A stretch of 51,014 bases of DNA, from the sequence record NC_054896.1. The stretch is one strand, 5' to 3'. This document shows, in pieces, positions 37,601-45,820 of this stretch. The notes beneath the pieces were generated by a model. That model did no database searches. It was not told the origin of the DNA and was given only the letters and a program-made list of their open reading frames with translations. How positions within the stretch are numbered: position 1 is the stretch's first letter; each line of letters begins with the position of its first letter. The translations under genes and the position numbers were made by a program. Origin of the DNA: Escherichia phage tiwna.

Positions 37601-38716
37601 ATGAAAAATGTAAAAATTACAGATGAGCAATTCAAGATCGAACGGGCGGCAGGTAAGACATATAAACAGATCGCTCAAGAGTACGGAATGAATGTGAGAA
37701 GCGTCGAGCGTCGCGCGGCGCGTCTTGCAAAGCAAGGACAGTTATCGACCATCGGAGCGCCTGGTTTTGGTGTTCATGGTGAGTCAGTAATGACTGACAA
37801 AGAAGGAAATATAATCCTCAAGTGGACCAAAACCAGCAAGGATAAAGAGCAATTAGAGGCATTGATGCGCGCAGCAATGGAGGCATTTAGCGAGGAAGTG
37901 CCGCGATTAGATCCAGTTCCATTGCAGGAGCGTAACTATAATGAAACGCTTTCATTGTATCCGATCTTTGACATGCACTTAGGAGCTATGGCCCATAAGC
38001 ACGAATGCGGCGAAAATTGGGATACTGCGACGGCAGAGCGCGTTATGAATAACTTTATCGACTATGCTTTGATGTGCGCACCGGACAGCGAAAAGGCTGT
38101 TATCCTGATTGGTGGCGATATGCTGCATAGCGACGGCCTGGAGGCGGTGACACCTGCAAGCGGTCACGTACTTGATCAAGATAGCCGATATGCAAAATTG
38201 GTTTACGTTGCAATCCGTGCAATGCGTCGCGCAATTAATAAAATGCTGTTAAAGCATAAACATGTTGAGGTCCAGATCGTAGAGGGGAATCACGACCAAT
38301 CAGGAATGATTTGGCTACGCGCAGCAATGGCGGCAGCATATGAGAACGAGCCGCGCGTTTACGTTGATGTTTCTCCTCGCGTTGTTCACCACACGCAATA
38401 CGGAAAAACTTTCCTTGCGTACCATCACGGGCACACAGTGCGTAAACCGGAGACTTTGCTAATGATGTGCGCGTCAGATTGGCGGGAGGACTTCGGAAAC
38501 TCAAAAACGATGTATGCGCACGTAGGGCACTGGCATCACCAGACCGTGACAGAAACGTCGCTTGGCATCGTGGAGGTGCATAGCACCCTGGCGGCAAAAG
38601 ACGCATACGCCGCGCGAGGTGGCTGGAGATCTCGACGCCGTGCAGCGGTTATCATTTACGACAAAGAGCATGGAGAAGTCGGGCGATTTGTTCACTATCC
38701 AGAAATGATGAATTGA
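37601..38716 (+). CDS. calcineurin-like metallophosphoesterase with N-terminal HTH-like segment
   Basis: Motifs DMH, GGDMLH, GNHD, HHGH and GHWHH in canonical order; N-terminal KTYKQIAQEYGMNVRSVERRAARL; start could instead be upstream at 37451. Confidence 0.5.
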   Translation: MKNVKITDEQFKIERAAGKTYKQIAQEYGMNVRSVERRAARLAKQGQLSTIGAPGFGVHGESVMTDKEGNIILKWTKTSKDKEQLEALMRAAMEAFSEEVPRLDPVPLQERNYNETLSLYPIFDMHLGAMAHKHECGENWDTATAERVMNNFIDYALMCAPDSEKAVILIGGDMLHSDGLEAVTPASGHVLDQDSRYAKLVYVAIRAMRRAINKMLLKHKHVEVQIVEGNHDQSGMIWLRAAMAAAYENEPRVYVDVSPRVVHHTQYGKTFLAYHHGHTVRKPETLLMMCASDWREDFGNSKTMYAHVGHWHHQTVTETSLGIVEVHSTLAAKDAYAARGGWRSRRRAAVIIYDKEHGEVGRFVHYPEMMN

Positions 38717-38762
38717 TGAATTTTTATTTAAATCAATGACAAATTAAATCAAAAACTTGCAA

Positions 38763-38791
38763 AGGGGCGGCGTTTGTCGCCTCTTTTTTTT
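38763..38791 (+). terminator. rho-independent terminator
   Basis: Imperfect hairpin ggggcggcg...cgcctc followed by T8. Confidence 0.5.
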
Positions 38792-38861
38792 GTTTAATTC
38801 TTTATCATGTGCGTTTATCATGCGGTCAATATATTGACTTTAATTAATATGGAGAATAAAA

Positions 38862-39077
38862 ATGAAAGATTTTATTAACGCAGCTACCGCCGGATCTGGC
38901 GGTTCATCTATCGCAAGCGCCGCTACAGGGCAGTTAACCATTGCTATTGCCAGCTTTGTTTTAATGGCTGCATTCGGTGCATGGGGCGCTTACCTTCGCT
39001 GGCGTGATAGTAAAAAATTCCACGAGGCGATCGAAAAAGGTGATATTCAAAAAGCTATTGAGATCAGGGGCAAGTAA
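38862..39077 (+). CDS. holin (possibly pinholin-type)
   Basis: 71 aa with a Gly/Ala/Ser-rich first hydrophobic segment, a second TM and charged C-terminus; immediately upstream of the endolysin. Confidence 0.6.
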   Translation: MKDFINAATAGSGGSSIASAATGQLTIAIASFVLMAAFGAWGAYLRWRDSKKFHEAIEKGDIQKAIEIRGK

Positions 39078-39568
39078 TGAGCATAAAGAACAGGGTAGCG
39101 GCTGCGGCCTTTGGCGTTGCGGTTGCCTTGACTTCTCCACTTCTTGAAGAGATCGAAGGGGTAAGATACAAGCCATACAAAGATATTGCGGGGGTATGGA
39201 CGGTTTGCGCAGGAATCACCGGACCCGATGTTATCCTGGGGAAAACGTACACTAAAAAAGAGTGTGATGCTTTGTTGGCTAAGCATATCCAGGTTGCTAA
39301 AAAGGAAGTTGACAAGCAAGTTAAGGTTGACATTCCTGATAGTATGCGTGCAGCAATGTACTCATTCACTTACAATGCAGGTGTGGGAGCTTTCAGAAAT
39401 TCAACAATGCTGAAACTCATCAATCAGGGGAAATTAAAAGATGCTTGCGATCAGCTTTATCGTTGGACGTATTACCATAACCCCAAAACAGGAAAGCGCG
39501 AGAAGTCTAAAGGCTTACTTAACAGGCGCAAGGTCGAACACAAATATTGCACAATGGATCTGAAATGA
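39077..39568 (+). CDS. SAR endolysin (lysozyme, E-x8-D-x5-T type)
   Basis: N-terminal weakly hydrophobic [12 protein letters not shown] signal-anchor-release-like segment followed by a catalytic E..D..T spacing ([16 protein letters not shown]). Confidence 0.7.
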   Translation: MSIKNRVAAAAFGVAVALTSPLLEEIEGVRYKPYKDIAGVWTVCAGITGPDVILGKTYTKKECDALLAKHIQVAKKEVDKQVKVDIPDSMRAAMYSFTYNAGVGAFRNSTMLKLINQGKLKDACDQLYRWTYYHNPKTGKREKSKGLLNRRKVEHKYCTMDLK

Positions 39569-39960
39569 TGAAGAAATTTTTACTTACACCAATCGCAATG
39601 GCGGTGATCTTGTCTGGATGTTCAAGCGTTACGCCACTGACCGGATTAATCGGCAGTAAGCCGGAAATCACAGCACAGGCTGGCGCGGAGAACGTGAAGC
39701 AGACAGTTGGCATTACAGAAAAGCATGACGCCAGCACAAAACAGAAAACCACAATAAAGGAATCTGCGGTTGACAAGGTTGACACGTCCAGCAAGAAGGA
39801 TTTCACAACATCAACCATTCAGGCCAATACCATCAAGGCAGACAAAATTCAGGTCGTGCAGGGTAATAACGGCAGATGGTACGATCCAATAATCATATGC
39901 GTGGTTGTGTTAATTGTGCTGATTTGTCTTTACTGGAGAGAAAAGAAAAAGGAGGCTTAA
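39565..39960 (+). CDS. unimolecular spanin (lipoprotein with C-terminal TMD)
   Basis: Lipobox ILSGC at the N-terminus and C-terminal [18 protein letters not shown], as in the T1-type u-spanin; the track start is TTG, real ATG at 39565. Confidence 0.6.
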   Translation: MMKKFLLTPIAMAVILSGCSSVTPLTGLIGSKPEITAQAGAENVKQTVGITEKHDASTKQKTTIKESAVDKVDTSSKKDFTTSTIQANTIKADKIQVVQGNNGRWYDPIIICVVVLIVLICLYWREKKKEA

Positions 39961-39976
39961 TGCCTCCTTTATTTTT
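39945..39976. terminator. bidirectional terminator
   Basis: Hairpin aggaggcttaatgcctcct with flanking A- and T-runs, overlapping the spanin stop. Confidence 0.55.
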
Positions 39977-40199
39977 ATGCGTCGGGCCACATATGAGTTT
40001 CGTTTGTTGGCTTGTTCGATTCTTCGTACTGCCTTACTTCAATGCTGCAAGTGTCGCCGTACAGTTCTGCAATCTTGCGCTCATTTTCAACAGCCGATTG
40101 CTCACTCCATCCAAAATCCCTGTCATAAATTGTCGGGATTTCAGCAGAAGATCCGTTGTCATGATTATATACGCGAACTACTAAAAACTTGCTGGACAT
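39975..40199 (-). CDS. hypothetical protein (74 aa)
   Basis: First gene downstream of the minus-strand promoter module at 40236-40279. Confidence 0.45.
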   Translation of the reverse strand: MSSKFLVVRVYNHDNGSSAEIPTIYDRDFGWSEQSAVENERKIAELYGDTCSIEVRQYEESNKPTNETHMWPDA

Positions 40200-40233
40200 A
40201 ATTTTACCTTTTGGTTGTTTCGTTTCGATGAAA

Positions 40234-40279
40234 CAAATATACCCGACACTAGGCCGGGCGTTTTAACAAAAAATGCTAT
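40234..40279 (-). promoter_or_regulatory. conserved box plus hairpin plus -10; right arm of the ~46-bp inverted repeat
   Basis: Reverse complement reads ATAGCATTTTTTGTTAAAAcgcccggcctagtgtcgggTATATT. Confidence 0.55.
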
Positions 40280-40470
40280 TCCATACGCTTTACCGTAACC
40301 AGTAATACACCATCATCATTGCATAAAACATGTTCAGTGGTGCTAAAAGCGCGCATATCTGAATAAAGTAGCGTAAGTAAAGCATGAATAAAATCCTCAT
40401 GTGATATTGAATTTACGGCGCAGTGCTTCAAGATCTTGTCTATTAGCTTTTGCCTGGAACAATTCATCAT
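40276..40470 (-). CDS. hypothetical protein (64 aa)
   Basis: GGGGAG RBS; stop codon is the TAG of the box; overlaps the upstream gene by 74 nt out of frame. Confidence 0.4.
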   Translation of the reverse strand: MMNCSRQKLIDKILKHCAVNSISHEDFIHALLTLLYSDMRAFSTTEHVLCNDDGVLLVTVKRME

Positions 40471-40792
40471 CGCCCATCTCCCCTATTCTCGCCATATCCC
40501 TGATCCAGTCGTTGCGCATACCATCCAGGCTATACAATTCGAATCCGAAAGGCCGCTTTGACGATCCTTTGGACCAGTATTTACCGCAGACCCCATCTAT
40601 ATAGCCAGCCGTCATCATTCTTGCGCAAAATTCCTTAGATGCAAGGCTGGCGAACATTCGCGGCGTAAGTCCGGCGGCCCGTGCGAGCCGCTCACATTCT
40701 CTATGCTGATAGATAAATTTGGCTATGTGCTGCCTGTTAAACCAGTCGTATGACTCACACCATTTATACAGATCAAGCAAAAACATAATCAT
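40397..40792 (-). CDS. hypothetical protein (131 aa)
   Basis: ATGA coupling to the upstream ATPase gene. Confidence 0.45.
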   Translation of the reverse strand: MIMFLLDLYKWCESYDWFNRQHIAKFIYQHRECERLARAAGLTPRMFASLASKEFCARMMTAGYIDGVCGKYWSKGSSKRPFGFELYSLDGMRNDWIRDMARIGEMGDDELFQAKANRQDLEALRRKFNIT

Positions 40793-42369
40793 CCCAGCAG
40801 TATTGGATTGACAAAAATAACACCATTAATAACACAAACATAATTTCTTTCTTCCAGCATTGGCAGCAAGTGCCCTTCTATCCTCTTCATTACGCCAGCT
40901 TGACCAACGAAAGGTTTTACCTTTCTCGCTGATTCGTACAGGGCGCGAATATTCAGAATCCCTTTATTAGCCTTGCCGTGTCTAGTGATCAATTCAATCA
41001 ATTTGCCCATTTCAGCATCATCACCAGCATAACCAGAAGCATTGGCGGCGCTAATGTATGTTTTGCTCAATTCCTGAAACATGATCAGCGCCTCTTGCAT
41101 TGTTTCCACGTCGATCTCTTTCGACTTCTGCTGGTATCCAGCAGGATTAAACCAGTTGCGGATAACATGCAGGACGGAAGCAAGCCTGATCACCTGTTTA
41201 TCCATTTTACCCAGCGCACCGCGTAACATTGTATGAGAATACTTTCCGCCGTCTGCAAGATGCGGTTCCATATCCTGGCGAGCAATGTTGAGCACTCGCA
41301 TAGCTGAACGGCTTATTTTCAGCGATATATTTGATTCGCTCATGATGTTATGCACCAATTGATAATATTGGGCCTTCAATTCAGGATCCACCGCCTCATA
41401 GGTAGAATCACCATTTTCATCAATGAATGAGCGACGGCCTAAGAATGATTCCTCACGGACCAACAAAAAGCGCTCACTCACACCGATACCGCGCGATCCA
41501 GCGTCCATGATTCCGCTTATCGTTTCATCCTGGGCTATAACGCTCATACATCCAAGCGCGCGAAAACTCATGTTATTGTCAGCATTAGCACGGGCGATTG
41601 ATACGTGACCATTATCCCACGCCTTAAGCACTAGCTCGCTGTTAGTCTTCCTTTCGCTATTGGCATAGGTCAAGCCTAACAGGCTGTTAATACTTGTTGC
41701 TTCGTCAGATATTACGGCAAAGTTACCTTGCTTGTTGTTGATTTTCGCCAAGCCTTCTGGAGTTGTATCTGAAACAGGGAAAGTTATATCACACATTTTT
41801 TCCAGCTTCTCCTCCAGATCCTCTTTTTCCTGGTATAGAGATTCCATATCAGCGCCTGATCTTTCGCTTTTCATCTCCTTTGCAAGACCTGCCAACTTTG
41901 CCTGTATTTTCTTTCTTTCCTTGCGGCGTTGCTCGTTGATCTTCTCAACTTCCGCAATCATCGGAGCAATAGCCATGCTGTTGATCGCAGATTTACCAGT
42001 TGACGGCGGCTGGCTTGTAACGACGTAAAGCGCAGTCGGCTGATCGGTCCCGTGATAGTCAACCGTAAAGCGTCCAAGCATGGCGGCAGAAATGCAGCCG
42101 ATAAAGTGCATGTAAGCCGATGATTCAGGGAATTGAACGGATCGCGCAATGCTGCGTGATAACTTTCCGACAACATCAATATCATTACCAAGAGAAATTA
42201 CGGGGTAGCGATCGTGACCGCTATTTACATCCTTCACGTCGCCCCAAAAGCTGGACGACTGGCGATAGCCGTTAGCCTGAATTGATACGCGAACTGGTGA
42301 AAGGTTCTGGCTTTCAGCCATAGCGATTATTTGCTGTGGAGTTAATTTGTTCGTTTCTAATGAAAACAT
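40789..42369 (-). CDS. P-loop NTPase of unknown function (526 aa)
   Basis: Walker A SQPPSTGKSAI and Walker B-like FAVISDEA; GGAG RBS; first gene after the promoter box at 42423. Confidence 0.5.
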   Translation of the reverse strand: MFSLETNKLTPQQIIAMAESQNLSPVRVSIQANGYRQSSSFWGDVKDVNSGHDRYPVISLGNDIDVVGKLSRSIARSVQFPESSAYMHFIGCISAAMLGRFTVDYHGTDQPTALYVVTSQPPSTGKSAINSMAIAPMIAEVEKINEQRRKERKKIQAKLAGLAKEMKSERSGADMESLYQEKEDLEEKLEKMCDITFPVSDTTPEGLAKINNKQGNFAVISDEATSINSLLGLTYANSERKTNSELVLKAWDNGHVSIARANADNNMSFRALGCMSVIAQDETISGIMDAGSRGIGVSERFLLVREESFLGRRSFIDENGDSTYEAVDPELKAQYYQLVHNIMSESNISLKISRSAMRVLNIARQDMEPHLADGGKYSHTMLRGALGKMDKQVIRLASVLHVIRNWFNPAGYQQKSKEIDVETMQEALIMFQELSKTYISAANASGYAGDDAEMGKLIELITRHGKANKGILNIRALYESARKVKPFVGQAGVMKRIEGHLLPMLEERNYVCVINGVIFVNPILLG

Positions 42370-42422
42370 TCGTTAGCTTCTCCTTTGTGGGCCGTAAATT
42401 TTAACGGCCCAATACTACCCCG

Positions 42423-42441
42423 TTTTGTCAAAAAGTGCTAT
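42423..42441 (-). promoter_or_regulatory. conserved box (variant TTGACAAAA), minus orientation
   Basis: TAGCACTTTTTGACAAAA on the minus strand; TAG is the stop of gene 42438..42659. Confidence 0.5.
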
Positions 42442-42659
42442 TTGATCCGCTCTATTGCAACCAGAAGTCGATCAGGCTGGCGGTCGCTGTAGCATTCTCC
42501 TGTAATCCCATCCTTAAACGTAAAGTAAAGCGCCTTATGATATGAAAAACCAATCAGCCAACCTACCGCCGTTTTTTTGATGGGCCTGACTATATCGCCA
42601 GGCTTGAAAGTCTTTGTGGTAGAATGCGTTACTTTGTAACGGTTTTCACTGTTTATCAC
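42438..42659 (-). CDS. hypothetical protein (73 aa)
   Basis: ATGA coupling with the upstream gene. Confidence 0.45.
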   Translation of the reverse strand: MINSENRYKVTHSTTKTFKPGDIVRPIKKTAVGWLIGFSYHKALYFTFKDGITGECYSDRQPDRLLVAIERIK

Positions 42660-43042
42660 AGATATTTACCCTCAAAAAGATAACAGCCGCCAGCAGAGAA
42701 TCCGACCTCTTCACGGTACAGGTTCCAGCGGTCGCCGCACTCATCAAAAACATAACCCGCAACGCTTCCAAGCGGTCGCCCTTTCTCGATCTGGTATCGC
42801 TTGCCCTGCTTAAAGTGCTTTTTGCACGGCATGTTATGATCTACAAACGTGCAAAGAACGGTTTTTGTGTTAATGGCGCGGTAATCATCTCGGTTTGCTG
42901 GAAGCCAGCGGCTACCCTTAACAAGCGTCTTAACCTGGAACTCTTCCACCTCGATCACATCATCACTTCCTGCAATCTTCTGATAAACCGTTTTAAAACG
43001 GCCTTTCATCAATACGTTGGTTTCATTACAGATAACATTCAT
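42656..43042 (-). CDS. hypothetical protein (128 aa)
   Basis: GGAG RBS; downstream of the box at 43097. Confidence 0.45.
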   Translation of the reverse strand: MNVICNETNVLMKGRFKTVYQKIAGSDDVIEVEEFQVKTLVKGSRWLPANRDDYRAINTKTVLCTFVDHNMPCKKHFKQGKRYQIEKGRPLGSVAGYVFDECGDRWNLYREEVGFSAGGCYLFEGKYL

Positions 43043-43096
43043 GATCAGATCTCCTTTGTTTGTTCGATGTGATTATGCCAGGTTTTTACACCTGGC

Positions 43097-43115
43097 TTTT
43101 AACAAAAAGTGCTAT
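43097..43115 (-). promoter_or_regulatory. conserved box, minus orientation, with -10 at 43062-43067
   Basis: TAGCACTTTTTGTTAAAA, hairpin gccaggtgtaaaaacctggc, then CATAAT. Confidence 0.5.
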
Positions 43116-43822
43116 TTTGAGTTTGACTCAAAGACGGCGCGAGCAAAGCCGCGCGGAGTGAGGGAGCGGATCATCTTTGTGCGCGATGACTTACCGCCAG
43201 TTTTGGCCCAGCCTGGATTATCTTTGTCTTCCTCTTTCGGCAGGATTAAAGCGCGCGGAGGAATAACAAAGCCGTTGCCAGTCCAGAGGCACGTTTTCTT
43301 AAAATAGCGATCCCGTGCCGGAATAATATCAGGGAAGTCGGGATGTTTATCATCTTCCGGCAGATAGCCAGCGTAATCGCACGGATGGAACGTATAATCA
43401 GGCTTTCGCCATAACGTTGACAACTTGCCAACCGGATTTTCGATCATGTAAGGAACACCGAAATAATCAGCTATATCAGCCGCGATTCTGCAAGTGTCGG
43501 CGGCCTCATCCTGGAACGATGGATTCTCAAGGCGTTTTTTGGCCCAATGGCGAGATCCGCTATTTGCAAGGTCAGTGCATGGTGGGAAGGCCATAATAAA
43601 ATCAGGATTGCCCCACTCATTATTGATTGCCTTAACATAAAAAGCATCATCAATCCAGGCGTTAACGTATTCGATATTCTCATGCTGTATGCGCACTGAC
43701 TGGTAATCACCGTGATCGCCACCGTCAGCATTAAAGCAAATGCACTTATAGCCATTATCAGCCCAATCTTTAACGGCTTTACCAGATCCATCAAATAGGG
43801 AGAATATTAAACCTTTATACAT
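43112..43822 (-). CDS. small DNA C5-cytosine methyltransferase-like protein
   Basis: Motif I-like LFDGSG, motif IV-like FPPC, motif VI-like IENP in the expected order; GAGG RBS before ATG 43822. Confidence 0.4.
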   Translation of the reverse strand: MYKGLIFSLFDGSGKAVKDWADNGYKCICFNADGGDHGDYQSVRIQHENIEYVNAWIDDAFYVKAINNEWGNPDFIMAFPPCTDLANSGSRHWAKKRLENPSFQDEAADTCRIAADIADYFGVPYMIENPVGKLSTLWRKPDYTFHPCDYAGYLPEDDKHPDFPDIIPARDRYFKKTCLWTGNGFVIPPRALILPKEEDKDNPGWAKTGGKSSRTKMIRSLTPRGFARAVFESNSK

Positions 43823-43832
43823 CGTCATTACC

Positions 43833-44057
43833 TCAAAACGGAAAACAGCGCGGACAACTAGGATCGAAATCGCATCCACAATCATTAACAATCATATTGG
43901 GATCTGCAAATATTGCGCTTGATTCAAGATCCATATCCATATCACCTAAAGCCTCATCAAGAGTCTTAATTTTATATGCCACTTCAAGCGCCGCCTCTTT
44001 ATTTAGTCCGGCATCTTCTGCCATTTGAAGGCGCTCAAAAAAACCGTCCTGACTCAT
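43833..44057 (-). CDS. hypothetical protein with Cys-rich C-terminus (74 aa)
   Basis: C-terminal CGCDFDPSCPRC; acidic N-terminal half. Confidence 0.45.
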   Translation of the reverse strand: MSQDGFFERLQMAEDAGLNKEAALEVAYKIKTLDEALGDMDMDLESSAIFADPNMIVNDCGCDFDPSCPRCFPF

Positions 44058-44171
44058 CGCATAACTCCCTTAATAACAGCCAAGATAATAGCCAGGCCAG
44101 CAGCAGTAACCAAAAATCCAACCGCGCCAATAATCGAATAAAAAAAGAAATCAATAGCTTTATCTATCATT
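44055..44171 (-). CDS. small membrane peptide (38 aa)
   Basis: GAGGTG RBS; single TM IIGAVGFLVTAAGLAIILAVI; ATGA coupling to the downstream gene; below the ORF-track cutoff. Confidence 0.35.
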
Positions 44172-44212
44172 TTTCACCTCATTTAAAAGGCGGCAAAACG
44201 CCGCCAGATTAA

Positions 44213-44440
44213 TTAAAGAGCGCGCCAACTTTGAATATAGAAAGCGTTTTCTTCCAGCAATTCTTTTACCTGATCTTTATTGTATTTGCGCACCTTACCG
44301 CCTGGATGGATACCAATAAGATAGCCGCCTTTGCCCTCGGTGATAGTGATTTGGCTAATTCCGCAGGACTTATCAAGTTTTACAGCCACGCGGTGATGAG
44401 CGTCAATAGTTGCCATAATGTTTAAAACTTTTGCTTTCAT
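44213..44440 (-). CDS. hypothetical protein (75 aa)
   Basis: GAGGAT RBS. Confidence 0.45.
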   Translation of the reverse strand: MKAKVLNIMATIDAHHRVAVKLDKSCGISQITITEGKGGYLIGIHPGGKVRKYNKDQVKELLEENAFYIQSWRAL

Positions 44441-44548
44441 TTAAATATCCTCAATTGAAATATGAATGACGTGGCGCTCTTTTTCCGTCGCCGCCGTAAT
44501 GGTCATTTGCAACCGCCACCATCCAAGCGCTTTTGAAAATAAATAGCC

Positions 44549-44761
44549 TCATTTCTTATTTTTCAGCTTAAATTTATGACCTGGAACACCAGCGCCAATA
44601 TACCCATCGTTGTATTCCATTAAATAAAGGTGAAGACCATTATCTGAAATTACATGAGGATCTTCTTTGAGATTTCCCATTAGTGTATATTCTTTTCCGC
44701 GCGTAAATTTCCAAATTGAGTTATAAGTTTCTACGCATTTAAGTTTTAATTGCTTTGCCAT
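44549..44761 (-). CDS. hypothetical protein (70 aa)
   Basis: ATG overlaps the upstream stop. Confidence 0.45.
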   Translation of the reverse strand: MAKQLKLKCVETYNSIWKFTRGKEYTLMGNLKEDPHVISDNGLHLYLMEYNDGYIGAGVPGHKFKLKNKK

Positions 44762-45042
44762 TATGCGATCCCAGTTACGTTAAAACTTACAGCCTTTGTT
44801 GCGCTAAATACATAAGCATCAACAGCGCCGCCAAATACACGAATTTTACCCTGGCCGTACTGCGCATTCATATTTCGCCAAACCGTTCTATTAGAGCAGA
44901 ATGCGCTACCAGTCTTAATAAGCGTATCCATCTCTTTTCTTAGATCGCGATAGTCAAGCCAGAATCTAAAGGCACGCTGTTTAATTCGCGCCGCCTTGAT
45001 TTTTTCTCTTGCGCTATTGAAATCATTCTTTTCGTATGCCAT
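44761..45042 (-). CDS. hypothetical protein (93 aa)
   Basis: ATG overlaps the upstream stop. Confidence 0.45.
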   Translation of the reverse strand: MAYEKNDFNSAREKIKAARIKQRAFRFWLDYRDLRKEMDTLIKTGSAFCSNRTVWRNMNAQYGQGKIRVFGGAVDAYVFSATKAVSFNVTGIA

Positions 45043-45239
45043 TAAATGATCTCCATGTATGTTTCAAAGCCATTTAACTTGAACAGGCCGTTTTCACATT
45101 TGCGCACGTTCCAAGTTAGCCCTGAGTGGTACGCCTCCATATCATCAAGGTCAATGGTGATTTCAGCGCCTTTCTTAAACAAACCTTTTTCGTGAGACTT
45201 GTCGCGCTTAACAACTTTAACATCAACCTGATTTTCCAT
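45042..45239 (-). CDS. hypothetical protein (65 aa)
   Basis: GAGGA RBS before the internal ATG (MENQ...) of track ORF 45042..45290. Confidence 0.45.
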   Translation of the reverse strand: MENQVDVKVVKRDKSHEKGLFKKGAEITIDLDDMEAYHSGLTWNVRKCENGLFKLNGFETYMEII

Positions 45240-45295
45240 CTTTAAATCCTCGCTTGTTTTCGATGGGTGTAATATACCATTCAGGCGCACATCGT

Positions 45296-45314
45296 TTTTA
45301 ACAAAAAGTGCTAT
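45296..45314 (-). promoter_or_regulatory. conserved box, minus orientation, with -10 at 45271-45276
   Basis: TAGCACTTTTTGTTAAAA then 19 bp then TATATT. Confidence 0.5.
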
Positions 45315-45601
45315 TCAACAACTTTTCCAGTTAAAGAGATAAGTTGCCTTGTAATCTTGTGGCGGCGATACTTACGCGCAACAACAGGAAGGCTTTCACC
45401 GCTTTGATGACCAAAACAGATCGGCAATTCACCTTCAAGCGAACGGAAGCCGCCAAATTCAAGATCCCGCACTGGCTTAGCGCGCCAGGCTTCAATAAAT
45501 CCGCGCTCGTCACGAGTGATATAGCGGTATATATTTGGGAGGGGCAATTGTATCCCCTCAAAATCCACTGTGTCGGTGTAGCTGTAAAACTTAGAACTCA
45601 T
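45311..45601 (-). CDS. hypothetical protein (96 aa)
   Basis: GGAG RBS before the internal ATG (MSSKFY...); stop codon is the TAG of the box. Confidence 0.45.
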   Translation of the reverse strand: MSSKFYSYTDTVDFEGIQLPLPNIYRYITRDERGFIEAWRAKPVRDLEFGGFRSLEGELPICFGHQSGESLPVVARKYRRHKITRQLISLTGKVVE

Positions 45602-45744
45602 AGTCAACAACTCCAAACTCGTTAACGATTTGCGCCTTGTAGAATCCGCCATTTTTCGCTAGGTTGTAACAAGCGGCTACGGTTTCAAATTCGCGCGCTT
45701 CCGGCTGGCTGTTTTCATGTTCCCAGGTAATCAGAGTAACCATT
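45589..45744 (-). CDS. small hypothetical protein (51 aa)
   Basis: ATG about 58 nt downstream of the box at 45802; ATGA coupling to the next gene; below the ORF-track cutoff. Confidence 0.3.
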
Positions 45745-45801
45745 TTCAAATCCTCGCATTCGTTGTCGATGCGTGTAATGTACAGGAATGCGAGGATTGA
45801 G

Positions 45802-45820
45802 TTTTAACAAAAAGTGCTAT
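45802..45820 (-). promoter_or_regulatory. conserved box, minus orientation, with -10 at 45777-45782
   Basis: TAGCACTTTTTGTTAAAA then 19 bp then TACATT. Confidence 0.5.
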
